A stretch of 64,000 bases of DNA. It comes from Chloroflexota bacterium. Its GTDB lineage: Archaea; Iainarchaeota; Iainarchaeia; Iainarchaeales; GCA-2688035. Both the position numbers and the translations under genes were made by a program. The stretch's first letter is position 1, and the number at the start of each line of letters is the position of its first letter. Location of the stretch: NCBI GenBank assembly GCA_017610335.1, contig JAFCCG010000001.1, forward strand, positions 13,869 to 77,868. The letters run 5' to 3'. The notes under the pieces are model-generated. The model was not told the origin of the DNA and searched no databases. It saw only the letters and a program-made list of their open reading frames with translations. Positions 46,425 through 56,898 of the stretch are shown here, in pieces.

Positions 46425-47392
46425 AAATAAAAAAATGGCACATGGGAATTATCGGACTGATACTTCTTGCATTTATTCTTAGTTCAATTAATCTTGGAGA
46501 ACTTTTTCAAACCATTCTTAAAATCAACCTTGCAATTTTTGCAATTGCCCTCTTGCTAGAAATTCTTTCAATTATTATTAAAGGAATCAAATACGTATTT
46601 GTAGTAAAGGCACACCATGAAAGCATTTCGCTTTCCAACAGCATAAAGTATACACGCATTGGCTTTTTTCTAAGTATGGTTACTCCCGGAAAAATTGGAG
46701 AGCTTGCAAGAGCATTTTATATCAACAAAAAAATTCATTCACTTGGAAAAAGTCTTTCAACAGTTGTTGTTGACAGAGCAATAGACCTTGTAATTTTACT
46801 TTCGACAGGATTTGCTGCAGCAATATTCCTTTCTCTTACAATGGAAACCAATATTTTGCCAATTGAAGCAATTGTAATAGTAATTGTGTTGTTTGTCCTG
46901 CTTGCAGTTCTTGCTTCAAGAAAAAATCTTGCAAAAAAACTCCTAAAGCCAATCTTTAAAGCAATCATTCCTGAAAAAATGAAACACAAAGCAAGAATTG
47001 GCTTTAACGACTTTTATGCAGCTATTGGCAAAGCAGTAAAAAACAAAAAAGAACTTGCAATCGCAGTCTTTTACGGAATCATTATTTGGGTTATTACAGT
47101 TTTTGCATTTTGGTTTTATCTGCTTTCCTTAAACATTTTTACAGTTCCGTTTTATTTTATGATTGTCCTGCTTCCTGCAATTATTATAATTGAACTGCTT
47201 CCAATTTCTTTTTCAGGAATTGGAACAAGGGATGCAGTTTGCATCGTGCTTTTGGGAATTTTTGGAGTTAGTGCACCGGAAGCAGTTGCCTTTTCAGTAT
47301 TATTATTTGCAACAGGATACCTTTTGAATGCAGCAATTGGCTTTGTGTTCTTTAGCAACGAGCCAATTAAGGAACTGAAAGACTTGCAATAA
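46421..47392 (+). CDS. UPF0104/LPG-synthase TM-domain membrane protein (putative flippase)
   Basis: TPGKIGELAR, DRAIDL and PISFSGIGTRD; multi-TM. Confidence 0.85.
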   Translation: MKIKKWHMGIIGLILLAFILSSINLGELFQTILKINLAIFAIALLLEILSIIIKGIKYVFVVKAHHESISLSNSIKYTRIGFFLSMVTPGKIGELARAFYINKKIHSLGKSLSTVVVDRAIDLVILLSTGFAAAIFLSLTMETNILPIEAIVIVIVLFVLLAVLASRKNLAKKLLKPIFKAIIPEKMKHKARIGFNDFYAAIGKAVKNKKELAIAVFYGIIIWVITVFAFWFYLLSLNIFTVPFYFMIVLLPAIIIIELLPISFSGIGTRDAVCIVLLGIFGVSAPEAVAFSVLLFATGYLLNAAIGFVFFSNEPIKELKDLQ

Positions 47393-47423
47393 GTATTAAA
47401 CATTTGTGTAAAGGTATTTTTTT

Positions 47424-48662
47424 ATGGAATTCGAAAAAAAAGAATTTAAAATTCTTGTAGTAATCATCCTATTAGGACTTGGATTAAGAATTGCTGGCAG
47501 CGCATTGTTTCCGCTTTGGTCCGGAGCAGAAGAAGGTTCGCATTTTTTCTTTATTCAGTACATTGGAGAAAATGGCAAGCTTCCAATGATTCCGCTTACT
47601 GAGGAAACCCTCAAAGGAATTTATGTTGAAAGCATTCACCAGCCACCGTTGTATTATATGACAATGTCGCCATTTTACATGCTTGTTGCAGGACAAGGTT
47701 ATGAAACAATTATTCATTTCCTCAGATTGTTCTCGGTTTTGCTTGGAACACTTTGCATTCCATTAACATATCTTGTTGCAAAAAGGCTTTCTTTTGGAAA
47801 AAATATTGCAATTGCAAGCGCAATGTTTATTGCTTTACTTCCGACAAACATAATCGCAACCAGTGTTTTGGGAAACGATGCTTTATCATGGGTTTTTTGC
47901 ACTGCTGCAATATATTTCTGCATTGTTGCACTTCAGGAAAAAAAAGCAATTGATTTGGCCCTTGCAGGTTTACTTATTGCAGCTGCAATTCTTACAAAAT
48001 TCAATGCATTAAGCCTTCTTGCAATTTTTATTCCAACAGCAATAATTTTGCTTCTTAAAGGAAAGGAAAACATTACAAAAAGAATTGTTGCATGCGCAAC
48101 TCCTTTGCTTGCAATTCCAATTATCTTCAGAAATCTTGCATTAAGCGGAAACATTATTCCAAGCCATTTAAGGGAGATGATGCTAATTAACTGGGAGTGG
48201 TTTGTTTATTATGTAACTCATCTTTTTCCAAGCTTTTGGCTGCAGGAATATGCTGTTGCAACAATTCCTGACATTAGATATTTGTTTTTTATATTTTATT
48301 CAGCTGTTTCCCTTGCAGCAGTAATCGGTTTTGTAAAACTTTTGCTTGACAGGGATTGGAACATTAAAAGAAAACTTGTAATGAGCATTTTGCTTCTTGG
48401 AGTTTTACTAAACCTTGCAGGAATCACTTATGTAAACCTTTTTGGTTGGTGGCCCGAGGGCAGATGGATCTACCCTACTTTGAGCATAATAGTAATTTTC
48501 TTTACCTTTGGCCTACAAAAATTCATGAAAATAATTAAGCATGAAAACAAGACACCTTACCTAATCTGGTTTGTTCTTTTCACAATGCTTGTATTGGACA
48601 TAATTGTATTAGTATTCCACAACACTATTTTGCCTGATATAGTATGGGCGATACCAGTTTAG
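47424..48662 (+). CDS. GT-C membrane glycosyltransferase (GT39/ArnT-like)
   Basis: EEGSH, HQPPLYY, LRLFS, NDAL and LTKF; multi-TM. Confidence 0.82.
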   Translation: MEFEKKEFKILVVIILLGLGLRIAGSALFPLWSGAEEGSHFFFIQYIGENGKLPMIPLTEETLKGIYVESIHQPPLYYMTMSPFYMLVAGQGYETIIHFLRLFSVLLGTLCIPLTYLVAKRLSFGKNIAIASAMFIALLPTNIIATSVLGNDALSWVFCTAAIYFCIVALQEKKAIDLALAGLLIAAAILTKFNALSLLAIFIPTAIILLLKGKENITKRIVACATPLLAIPIIFRNLALSGNIIPSHLREMMLINWEWFVYYVTHLFPSFWLQEYAVATIPDIRYLFFIFYSAVSLAAVIGFVKLLLDRDWNIKRKLVMSILLLGVLLNLAGITYVNLFGWWPEGRWIYPTLSIIVIFFTFGLQKFMKIIKHENKTPYLIWFVLFTMLVLDIIVLVFHNTILPDIVWAIPV

Positions 48663-48739
48663 ACAAAAGAGAATAGCATTTAAATCTCTTTAGGTTTGTA
48701 TGATTTAAATAGGTTTGAGTAATTTGTAAAGTGATTTAA

Positions 48740-49441
48740 ATGGTTGAAATTAGAGAGTATAAGGACAAGGATTTTTGGTATAATGACTATTTTTGTGAAG
48801 GTGGTCTTACAGGAATGCCAAAAATGAAAAAGACCCTGCCTTTGATGGCAAAGTTTTTGAAAAAGAATTCAAGACTGGGCGATTTTGGTGGCACAACTAA
48901 AAGTTTTAAACTGTTTAAAAAAGCTTTTCCGAACATTGAAATAGTTTCAGTAAATATGATTGCCAACCAAATCAAGGGCTGTGATATTGAAGTATGTGAA
49001 AATTTTGCTGAAAAAACAGGCTTTGCTTCAAATTATTTTGACGTTGTTTTTTTGGGTGATGTAATTGAACACTTAATTGAACCAGACAAAATAGTTATTG
49101 AACTGCGCCGTGTTTTGAAAGACGGAGGCATTTTTATTATTACCACTCCAAATCTTGCAAGCCTGGCAAACCGTTTTTCACTGTTGTTTGGTTTTGCTCC
49201 AACCAATTACCATCCATCCGAATGGAGGTATGGTTCCTTGTTTGGCGTAAAGCACTCTTCATGGCATAAGTCTGTTTTTACCATTCCTGCAATGGTTGGC
49301 TTTTTGGAAAATTATGGTTTTAAAGTATTTAAAAAAATTGGCTTTTCATACCATGGCAGGAATTTTTTGCCAACAAACTTAAGCGAGGGCATGATAATTT
49401 TTGCAAAAAATGTAAAAAAAGTAAAGCAAAAAAAGGGATGA
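48740..49441 (+). CDS. Class I SAM-dependent methyltransferase
   Basis: DFGG, DVIEHL and LKDGGIFIITTPN motifs. Confidence 0.85.
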   Translation: MVEIREYKDKDFWYNDYFCEGGLTGMPKMKKTLPLMAKFLKKNSRLGDFGGTTKSFKLFKKAFPNIEIVSVNMIANQIKGCDIEVCENFAEKTGFASNYFDVVFLGDVIEHLIEPDKIVIELRRVLKDGGIFIITTPNLASLANRFSLLFGFAPTNYHPSEWRYGSLFGVKHSSWHKSVFTIPAMVGFLENYGFKVFKKIGFSYHGRNFLPTNLSEGMIIFAKNVKKVKQKKG

Positions 49442-49459
49442 AACCTGAAAAGGATTTGG

Positions 49460-50071
49460 TTGGAAATGAGCAAAAGTAAAGTGTTGGAGAAAAACATGAA
49501 CTCCAAAAAAGAATTGAAGGCAAAGTCGCAAATCCAGAAAATAGACCCTGTTGTCTTTGAAGTTAAGGGAAAAAAACTGGATCTTGGATGCGGAAACAAG
49601 AAGATTGAGGGAGCATTTGGAGTTGACTATTTTAAAACAGATTGCATCGACCTTGAATGGAATCTTGAAAAGCCTTTGCCAAAAAAATTTTGGAACTCTT
49701 ATGATTTGGTTTACAGTTCAAGCGTTTTAGACCATATGGGAAACCCTTTGCAGTTTTTGAAAAATTGTGTTTTGTATGCAAAACCAAATGGCTTTGTGCA
49801 AATTGCAGTAGACAACGCAGATTACTGGCGTTACCACAAAAAAGGCAAGCCTTTTGGAAACTATCATTCAAAACTTTGGTTCAAGCACACCAAGGAACTG
49901 GAAGTGCAACACAAGATGATGTTCCAGCCAGGGCATGTTGAAACAATGTTCAAAATGCTCGGTCTCAAAATTGTTAAAAAAGAGCTTTTTTGGAGGCAGT
50001 CAATTGATTTTCTTTTCCCAAAGCATTTGGGAACTGCACATTTTTCAATTGTCGGAAAAAAAACCAAATAA
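49460..50071 (+). CDS. SAM-dependent methyltransferase
   Basis: LDLGCG, SSVLDH and KPNG motifs; start uncertain. Confidence 0.8.
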   Translation: MEMSKSKVLEKNMNSKKELKAKSQIQKIDPVVFEVKGKKLDLGCGNKKIEGAFGVDYFKTDCIDLEWNLEKPLPKKFWNSYDLVYSSSVLDHMGNPLQFLKNCVLYAKPNGFVQIAVDNADYWRYHKKGKPFGNYHSKLWFKHTKELEVQHKMMFQPGHVETMFKMLGLKIVKKELFWRQSIDFLFPKHLGTAHFSIVGKKTK

Positions 50072-50144
50072 AGACAAATTAATGGTCTTTTTCGATTCTT
50101 GTACCAGAGTTTTATTTAAAGATTTTTAACCCTAAATGATTTAC

Positions 50145-51107
50145 ATGAAACAAGTATTAATTACTGGAGGAGCCGGTTTTATTGGAAGCAATTTCATAAG
50201 ACAACATCTTGAAAAACACTCGGAAGACAGGATAGTAAACCTTGACAAATTAACCTATGCCGGCAGGAAAGAAAGCCTGCAGGATTTAGAAGGTGAGGAA
50301 AATTACGAATTTGTAAAAGGAGATATTTGCAATCCAAAGGATGTGGAAAAGGCAATGCAGGACTGTGATTCTGTAATAAATTTTGCTGCAGAAAGCCATG
50401 TTGACAAAAGCATAGAAAATTCTGACGAATTTGCAAAAACAAACTTTTTAGGCGTAAAAGTATTATGTGACCAGGCAAAAAAACAAGGCGTTGAAAAGTT
50501 TGTGCAAATTTCAACAGACGAGGTTTATGGACAGATTAAAAACGGAAGCTTTAAGGAAACAGACATGCTTAATCCAAGAAATCCTTACAGTGCTGCAAAA
50601 GCCGGCGGAGAACTTTTGGCAATGAGCTATTTTGAAACATTTGACCTTAATGTAACGGTTACAAGAAGCAGCAACAATTACGGTCCTTTCCAATTTCCTG
50701 AAAAAGTTGTTCCGTTATTTATCACAAACCTTTTACAGGATAAAAAAGTTCCATTATACGGCGAAGGAAAAAATGTAAGAGACTGGCTTTTTGTTTTAGA
50801 CAACTGTGAAGCAATCGAAATAGTGCTAAAAAAAGGAAAGTTTGGAGAAGTTTACAACATTGGCGGAAATCAGGAATTACAAAACATTGAATTAACAAAA
50901 AAGATTCTTGCCGAATTAGGCAAAGGCGAAGAAATGATTCAAAAGGTTGAGGACAGATTAGGACACGATCTTCGCTATAGCCTTGACTGCAGTAAAATCA
51001 AAAATGAACTTGGATGGGAACCAAAGACAAAGTTTGATGAAGGACTGCACGAAACAGTGCAATGGTATAAGGAAAATGAAAAGTGGTGGAAGCCGCTGGT
51101 TGGATGA
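50145..51107 (+). CDS. rfbB: dTDP-glucose 4,6-dehydratase
   Basis: TGGAGFIGSNF, DKLTYAG, AAESHVD, STDEVYG, NNYGPFQFPEK and GHDLRY motifs. Confidence 0.95.
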   Translation: MKQVLITGGAGFIGSNFIRQHLEKHSEDRIVNLDKLTYAGRKESLQDLEGEENYEFVKGDICNPKDVEKAMQDCDSVINFAAESHVDKSIENSDEFAKTNFLGVKVLCDQAKKQGVEKFVQISTDEVYGQIKNGSFKETDMLNPRNPYSAAKAGGELLAMSYFETFDLNVTVTRSSNNYGPFQFPEKVVPLFITNLLQDKKVPLYGEGKNVRDWLFVLDNCEAIEIVLKKGKFGEVYNIGGNQELQNIELTKKILAELGKGEEMIQKVEDRLGHDLRYSLDCSKIKNELGWEPKTKFDEGLHETVQWYKENEKWWKPLVG

Positions 51108-51508
51108 AAATGGAAAAAGAGTATTTTAAAGCGCCACAAAAAGCGGCGATAAAAAACGGAGAAAAGTTCCTTATACTTAAACGTTCTGCCGATGCAAAGA
51201 TTTACCCAGATTATTGGGATTTTCCAGGCGGGAAACTTGAATGCGGAGAAGACCCAAAAAAAGGGCTAAAAAGGGAAGTCAAAGAGGAAACTGGTTTGGA
51301 AGTTGAGATAAAAAATCCGGAATTTGTTTTTTCGGAAAAGGTTAAGGACCATTTTACATATGTGGTTGTGTTTAAAGCAGATATTGCCGGTAAAAAGGAA
51401 ATTCAGTTAAGCAAAGAGCATTCTGGATTTAAATGGGCAATAAAAGAAGAGGCAAAAGAAATGAAATTAGAAAATTTTTTGAAGGCATATTTTGAAAAGA
51501 GGATTTAA
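51104..51508 (+). CDS. NUDIX hydrolase
   Basis: Nudix box GGKLECGEDPKKGLKREVKEETG. Confidence 0.9.
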   Translation: MKMEKEYFKAPQKAAIKNGEKFLILKRSADAKIYPDYWDFPGGKLECGEDPKKGLKREVKEETGLEVEIKNPEFVFSEKVKDHFTYVVVFKADIAGKKEIQLSKEHSGFKWAIKEEAKEMKLENFLKAYFEKRI

Positions 51509-51510
51509 AA

Positions 51511-52248
51511 ATGGTTTTGAAAGGAGTTATTTTGGCGGGCGGAACAGGATCAAGGCTAAAGCCCTTGACAAATTCTATAAACAAGCACTTGCTTCCAATA
51601 TACAACAAGCCGATGATTTATTATCCGATTGAAATGCTGAAATCGGCAGGCATAAAGAACATTCTTGTAATTACCGGAACACACCATGCAGGAGCAATAT
51701 TCCAGCTGCTTGGCTCAGGAAAGGATTTCGGCGTAAAGTTTACCTACAGAGTACAAGACGAGGCCGGGGGCATTCCAAGCGCTATTTCTTTGGCAGAAGA
51801 CTTTGTGGGCGAAAACAAATTCATTTCAATCAACGGAGATAACATTATTTTTGAAACATTAAAACCTTTTGCAGACAAATTTGAAAAAGGAAATGCAGAA
51901 ATGCAGATTTTGCTCTATAAGGGAACGAAAGAAGAGGCAAAGAAAAGCGGTGTTGCCGTTGTTGAAGGTGAAAAAGTTATGCAGGTGATTGAAAAGCCTG
52001 CAGAGCCTCCAAGCAATAATATAATTATTGGAATTTATTTTATGAATTCGAATGTTTTTGAAGTCATCAAAAAACTAAAACCAAGTGGAAGAGGTGAAAC
52101 AGAAATAACTGAGGTACAAAGACATTATTTAGAACAAAGAAAACTTTCTGCAGCAAATCTTAAAGGCAATTGGCTGGACGCAGGCGACTTTGAAGACCTG
52201 CTTAACGCAAATCTCGAAACAAAAAAGCTAAGCAAAAAAGAAAAGTGA
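51511..52248 (+). CDS. rfbA: Glucose-1-phosphate thymidylyltransferase (short form)
   Basis: ILAGGTGSRL, KHLLPIYNKPMIYYP, PSGRGETEIT and WLDAG motifs. Confidence 0.9.
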   Translation: MVLKGVILAGGTGSRLKPLTNSINKHLLPIYNKPMIYYPIEMLKSAGIKNILVITGTHHAGAIFQLLGSGKDFGVKFTYRVQDEAGGIPSAISLAEDFVGENKFISINGDNIIFETLKPFADKFEKGNAEMQILLYKGTKEEAKKSGVAVVEGEKVMQVIEKPAEPPSNNIIIGIYFMNSNVFEVIKKLKPSGRGETEITEVQRHYLEQRKLSAANLKGNWLDAGDFEDLLNANLETKKLSKKEK

Positions 52249-52253
52249 ATTTC

Positions 52254-54737
52254 ATGCGAATTTTGATGTTAAACCCCCCATTTTTTCCTAAGTTCTCCAG
52301 ATCATCTCGTTCACCAGCTGTTACCAAAGGAGGTACCATTTATTATTGTATTTGGCTTGCCTATGCAACAGGTGTTTTGGAAAAAGCAGGGCATGAAGTA
52401 AAACTTGTTGACGCTCCGGCAGTTCCAATTTCTGAAAAAAAAGTACTTGCAATTATAAGGCGGTTCAAACCGGAAATGGTTGTACTTGATACAAGCACAG
52501 CAAGTATTCACAATGATGTGGAAGTTTTAAGAAAGGTAAAAAAAGCCCACAAATGTTTTGGTGTTCTTGTAGGAACACATGTGAGTGCACTTCCTTTGGA
52601 AACAATGGAGATGAGCAATGCAATTGATGCTGTTTGCATTCAGGAATATGATTATACTTTGAGGGATTTGGCAAAAGAACTTGGAAAGAAAAAGCCAGCT
52701 CTTGCAAAAGTTAATGGAATTGTTTTCAGGAAAGGCAAAAAGGTTGTAAAAAACAAGTTGAGAGAAAAGATTCAAGATTTAAATAAACTACCTTTTGTAA
52801 GCGCAGTTTACAAAAAACATTTGAATTACAAGAATTATTTTTATAGTGCAAATTTGTATCCTGAAATTGCAATTTTGACAGGCAGAGGCTGTCCTTTTAA
52901 CTGCAAGTTCTGCAATTGGGTGCAAAATTTGAATCCAGGACCTTACAGAAAAAGAAGTGTTGTAAACGTAATAGAAGAATTTAAATTTATTGAAAAGAAT
53001 TTTCCTGATGCAAAAGAAGTTTTTCTGGAAGACGACACTTTTACTGCAGACCACAGGTGGGTAAACGATTTCTGCAAATCAAAGATTAAGGAAAAAATTA
53101 AAATCAAGTGGAGTTGTAATGCGAGAGCAGATGTTCCACTTGAAACATTACAATTGATGAAAAAAGCAGGCTGTCGTCTTTTGTGTGTTGGTTTTGAGTC
53201 AGGAAGTCAGCATGTATTAAATGATGTAAGAAAGGGAACAACTTTGGGAAAAATGAAAGAATTTATGGATGATTCAAAAAAGGCAGGAATTTTGGTTCAC
53301 GGCTGTTTTATGGTTGGAAATCCAGAGGATAATGAGGAAACAATTAAGGCAACAATTGAACTTGCAAAAAAGCTTAATCCTGATTCGGCACAATTTTTTC
53401 CAATAATGGTTTATCCAGGCACACAATCTTACGAGCATTTTAAGAAAAGCGGACAGCTTGTTTCAACTGATTTCAGACAATGGGTTGACGAAAACGGCTG
53501 GCATAATTGCATGGTTTCAATGCCTGGGTTATCAAATAAAGAAATGGTTGAATGGTGTGACAGGGCAAGAAAGGAATTTTATTTCAGACCAAAGTATATT
53601 GGTAAAAAGGCTTTACAGGTTATTACACAGCCTTCTGAATTTCCAAGACTTTGGAAGGGCGGAAAGACATTTATTAAGTATATTGCAAAATCAAAAAAAG
53701 AAACTGGGAAAAAAACAGCCATAAATGAAAAATCTGTTGAAAATGAAAAAAAACCGATTGAAAATGGAAAAAAAATGAATTGGGCAAGGCTTTCACAAGA
53801 CAAACCTTCAATTACTATGCAGCGCTTGGCAAAAATTGCATTGATAAGATCTGACAAAGCCGCAACAAGAACAAAAATGGCCATAGCAAGACTCAAACAC
53901 AGAAAAAAATTTGTTTTAAGAAATGTTCAGGGAAGCAATATGTATCTTAATATAAAAGACAAAGGAATTTGTTCAGACCTCTACCTTAGAGGCAAAAGAG
54001 AAGACAAAGCAACTGATGAGTTAATGAAAAGAGTCAAACCAGGCATGGTAATCGCAGATGTTGGTGCAAATATTGGATATTATGCGTTAATGGAAGCAAA
54101 AGCTGTTGGTCCAAAAGGAAAGGTATATGCAATTGAGCCAATTCCAGAAAATATTGTACTTTTGAAAAAAAATATTGCTGCAAACGATTACAAAAATATT
54201 GAGGTTTTTAACAAAGCAGCAGGTGACAAAAATTGCAAAAAGAAAATTTTCATTTCAAAACAGTCAAATCTTTCAACTTTTTGTGAAAATGTTGAACTTG
54301 ATCAAAGTGGTGAAACTATTGATGTGGATGTTTTTACATTGGATAGTTTTTTTAAAAACAGGGAAAAACCACAGATTGTAAGAATGGATGTTGAAGGCTA
54401 TGAGTATGAAATTTTGCAGGGAATGAAAAAAACAATGAAGGAATGTAAAAATTTGCAGTTTTTTATTGAAGTACATGCTGATTTTATGGGCGAAGAAAAA
54501 ACAGTGCGTTTTCTGAAGATTTTGAAACAAAACGGAATTACACACTGCAAAATTATAAGGGAATCTTCCGATATCCTTAAATTTTCGGAAAAAATTCTTT
54601 CAAAAGAAATTTTTCCAGAGGAAGGCGAGTTTAACAAAACCATTGGTGAAATAATTTCGGAGAAAAAATTCCATTATGGCCTTTACTATTTGTTTGCAGA
54701 AAAAAATGGTATGATGCTTTTGAAAAAATCAATTTGA
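52254..54737 (+). CDS. B12-binding radical SAM protein fused to an FkbM-family methyltransferase
   Basis: GTH, RGCPFNCKFC, DDTF and GFESG; C-terminal DVGANIGYY...EP...MDVEGYE. Confidence 0.88.
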   Translation: MRILMLNPPFFPKFSRSSRSPAVTKGGTIYYCIWLAYATGVLEKAGHEVKLVDAPAVPISEKKVLAIIRRFKPEMVVLDTSTASIHNDVEVLRKVKKAHKCFGVLVGTHVSALPLETMEMSNAIDAVCIQEYDYTLRDLAKELGKKKPALAKVNGIVFRKGKKVVKNKLREKIQDLNKLPFVSAVYKKHLNYKNYFYSANLYPEIAILTGRGCPFNCKFCNWVQNLNPGPYRKRSVVNVIEEFKFIEKNFPDAKEVFLEDDTFTADHRWVNDFCKSKIKEKIKIKWSCNARADVPLETLQLMKKAGCRLLCVGFESGSQHVLNDVRKGTTLGKMKEFMDDSKKAGILVHGCFMVGNPEDNEETIKATIELAKKLNPDSAQFFPIMVYPGTQSYEHFKKSGQLVSTDFRQWVDENGWHNCMVSMPGLSNKEMVEWCDRARKEFYFRPKYIGKKALQVITQPSEFPRLWKGGKTFIKYIAKSKKETGKKTAINEKSVENEKKPIENGKKMNWARLSQDKPSITMQRLAKIALIRSDKAATRTKMAIARLKHRKKFVLRNVQGSNMYLNIKDKGICSDLYLRGKREDKATDELMKRVKPGMVIADVGANIGYYALMEAKAVGPKGKVYAIEPIPENIVLLKKNIAANDYKNIEVFNKAAGDKNCKKKIFISKQSNLSTFCENVELDQSGETIDVDVFTLDSFFKNREKPQIVRMDVEGYEYEILQGMKKTMKECKNLQFFIEVHADFMGEEKTVRFLKILKQNGITHCKIIRESSDILKFSEKILSKEIFPEEGEFNKTIGEIISEKKFHYGLYYLFAEKNGMMLLKKSI

Positions 54738-54751
54738 AAAGTGGTTGTTGA

Positions 54752-55726
54752 ATGCAAAGACTAAAAGCAAGTGTAATTATTCCAGCTTTCAATGCAGAGA
54801 AAACTATTGGAAAATGCCTTGAATCAATGGAAAAGCAGTCTTTTAGTAATTTTGAGATAATTATTGTTGATGACGGAAGCATGGACAGAACAGGCAAAAT
54901 TGCCAAAAAATTTTCAAAAGCAAGAATTGTAAAGCAGGAAAATGCAGGCCCTGCTGTTGCAAGAAACAGGGGAGCAAAGGAGTCAAAAGGCGAAATAATA
55001 GTTTTTACCGATTCTGATTGCATTGCTGAAAAAAACTGGCTTACTGAAATGACAGAACCTTTTTGCGATAAGGAAATTGCAGGAGTGCAGGGAAGGTATA
55101 AGTGCAGGCAAAAGGAATTGATTGCAAGGCTTATTCAGCTTGAAATTGAAAAAAGATATGCTAAAATGGTGAAACATAAGTTTATTGATTTTATTGGAAC
55201 TTACAGCGCTGCATACAGACGCAGTGTTTTTGAAAGGCTTAAAGGCTTTGACACAAGCTTTCCGATTGCCTCAGGCGAAGATACTGATTTTAGTTTTAGG
55301 GTAAGCAGAGCAGGCTACAAAATGGTATTTAACCAAAAGGCAATAATTTTCCATACACACCCTACAAGCTTTTGGAAATATTTGAAAATCAAGTTTTTTA
55401 GGGCATTTTGGAGAACCAAAGTTTACAAAAGGCACAAGGGCAAAATGGTTAAGGACAGTTACACAAGCCAGCTGATAAAAGTTCAGACAGGATTGTTTTA
55501 TCTTTTATTTCCGGTAGCAATTGTCGCAATTGTTTGGCCGGAACTTGCATTCTTGTTTACCTTAAATGCTTTGCTGCTTTTCTTAACAGGATTTCCGTTT
55601 GCCTTTTGGGCCTTTTCAAAAGACAAAACAGTTGCAGTTATTTCACCGTTTGTGATTTTGTTAAGAACTGCAATGTTTGCAGGTGGCCTTGCCACTGGAA
55701 TTGCAAGAGAGGCACTTGGCAAATGA
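54752..55726 (+). CDS. GT2 glycosyltransferase with C-terminal TM helices
   Basis: IPAFNAE, DDGS, ARNRG, TDSDC and GEDTD motifs. Confidence 0.9.
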   Translation: MQRLKASVIIPAFNAEKTIGKCLESMEKQSFSNFEIIIVDDGSMDRTGKIAKKFSKARIVKQENAGPAVARNRGAKESKGEIIVFTDSDCIAEKNWLTEMTEPFCDKEIAGVQGRYKCRQKELIARLIQLEIEKRYAKMVKHKFIDFIGTYSAAYRRSVFERLKGFDTSFPIASGEDTDFSFRVSRAGYKMVFNQKAIIFHTHPTSFWKYLKIKFFRAFWRTKVYKRHKGKMVKDSYTSQLIKVQTGLFYLLFPVAIVAIVWPELAFLFTLNALLLFLTGFPFAFWAFSKDKTVAVISPFVILLRTAMFAGGLATGIAREALGK

Positions 55727-56823
55727 AGGTAGCGCATTTAAGCCACAGGTTTTGGCCGTGCACAGGCGGAATTGAAACCCACATCATGCAATTGTGCGAA
55801 GAACTTAATGCAAAAGGTGATGAAACAAAGGTTGTGTGCTTAAACAAGTGTCCAAACAGTAACAAAGTGCTTCCTGCGAAAGATGAGAAGAACGGAATAG
55901 CAATTGAAAGACTTAGATTTCTCAATTTGAGAATTTACAGAATTGCTTTTGGTGCAATTGGAAAAGTAAAGGGCTTTGACACTGTTCACATACATGGCCT
56001 TGGATTTTTTTCTGATTATTTTGCATTGTTTAAATTGTTTCACAAAAAAAAACTGGTGCTTTCAACACATGGTGGAATTTTTCACACAAAAAATCATTCA
56101 TTGCTTAAAAAAATTTATTTCAACCTATGGTGCAGATTAACTTTAACAGCTTTTGACAAAGTTATTGCAGTAAGTGCGCAGGATTTTGAAACATTCAAAA
56201 AAATAGTGCCTGAAAGCAGGCTTGTTTTGATTGAGAATCCTGTTCCTGTTGAAGTACTTTCAAAAATTCCAAGAAAGCCAGTACCAAACAGTTTTCTTTT
56301 TGTCGGAAGGCTAAGCAAAAACAAAGGACTTAAAAATCTTTTAAATGCATTTGCTGAATTGAAGAAAAAAAGGCAGGATTTTTCTTTGAAGATTGCAGGA
56401 AAACCGTTTGATTTGAGTAAAAAGCAAGTGGAAAAAATGATTTTGGCAAAGGGCTTGAATGAAAAGGTAAAAGTTCTTGGAATGGTTTCGGAAAAGGAAT
56501 TATTAGAGCTTTATTCTAAAAATGAATTCTTTGCAAGCGCTTCAGAATATGAGGGCTTTGGAATAAGCGCTGTTGAAGCAATTGCTGCAGGTCTTGTTCC
56601 AATACTGAATGCTATTCCGCCTTTCAAGGCATTTGTAAAAGAGGGAAAAACGGGTTTTATTGTTGACTTTTCAAGCAAGGAAAGGGCAGGAAAGGCAATC
56701 GGAAAGGCAATCGGATTAAAAAAATCTGAAAGGCAGGAAATGGGCAGGAATGTAAGGGCTTTTTCACAGAAATTTTGTTGGAAAACTGCATTAAAAAAGT
56801 TTGAAAAAACTTACAGTGAGTAA
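55723..56823 (+). CDS. GT4 glycosyltransferase
   Basis: GGIE, FVGRLSKNKG and EGFGISAVEA motifs. Confidence 0.92.
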   Translation: MKVAHLSHRFWPCTGGIETHIMQLCEELNAKGDETKVVCLNKCPNSNKVLPAKDEKNGIAIERLRFLNLRIYRIAFGAIGKVKGFDTVHIHGLGFFSDYFALFKLFHKKKLVLSTHGGIFHTKNHSLLKKIYFNLWCRLTLTAFDKVIAVSAQDFETFKKIVPESRLVLIENPVPVEVLSKIPRKPVPNSFLFVGRLSKNKGLKNLLNAFAELKKKRQDFSLKIAGKPFDLSKKQVEKMILAKGLNEKVKVLGMVSEKELLELYSKNEFFASASEYEGFGISAVEAIAAGLVPILNAIPPFKAFVKEGKTGFIVDFSSKERAGKAIGKAIGLKKSERQEMGRNVRAFSQKFCWKTALKKFEKTYSE

Positions 56824-56898
56824 TTGGTACAAAGCTTAATTGGTGAAGCTTAAAAACAGTTAGAAAATCAATTTATTGAAAGAAAGAGGTTGCTAAAA

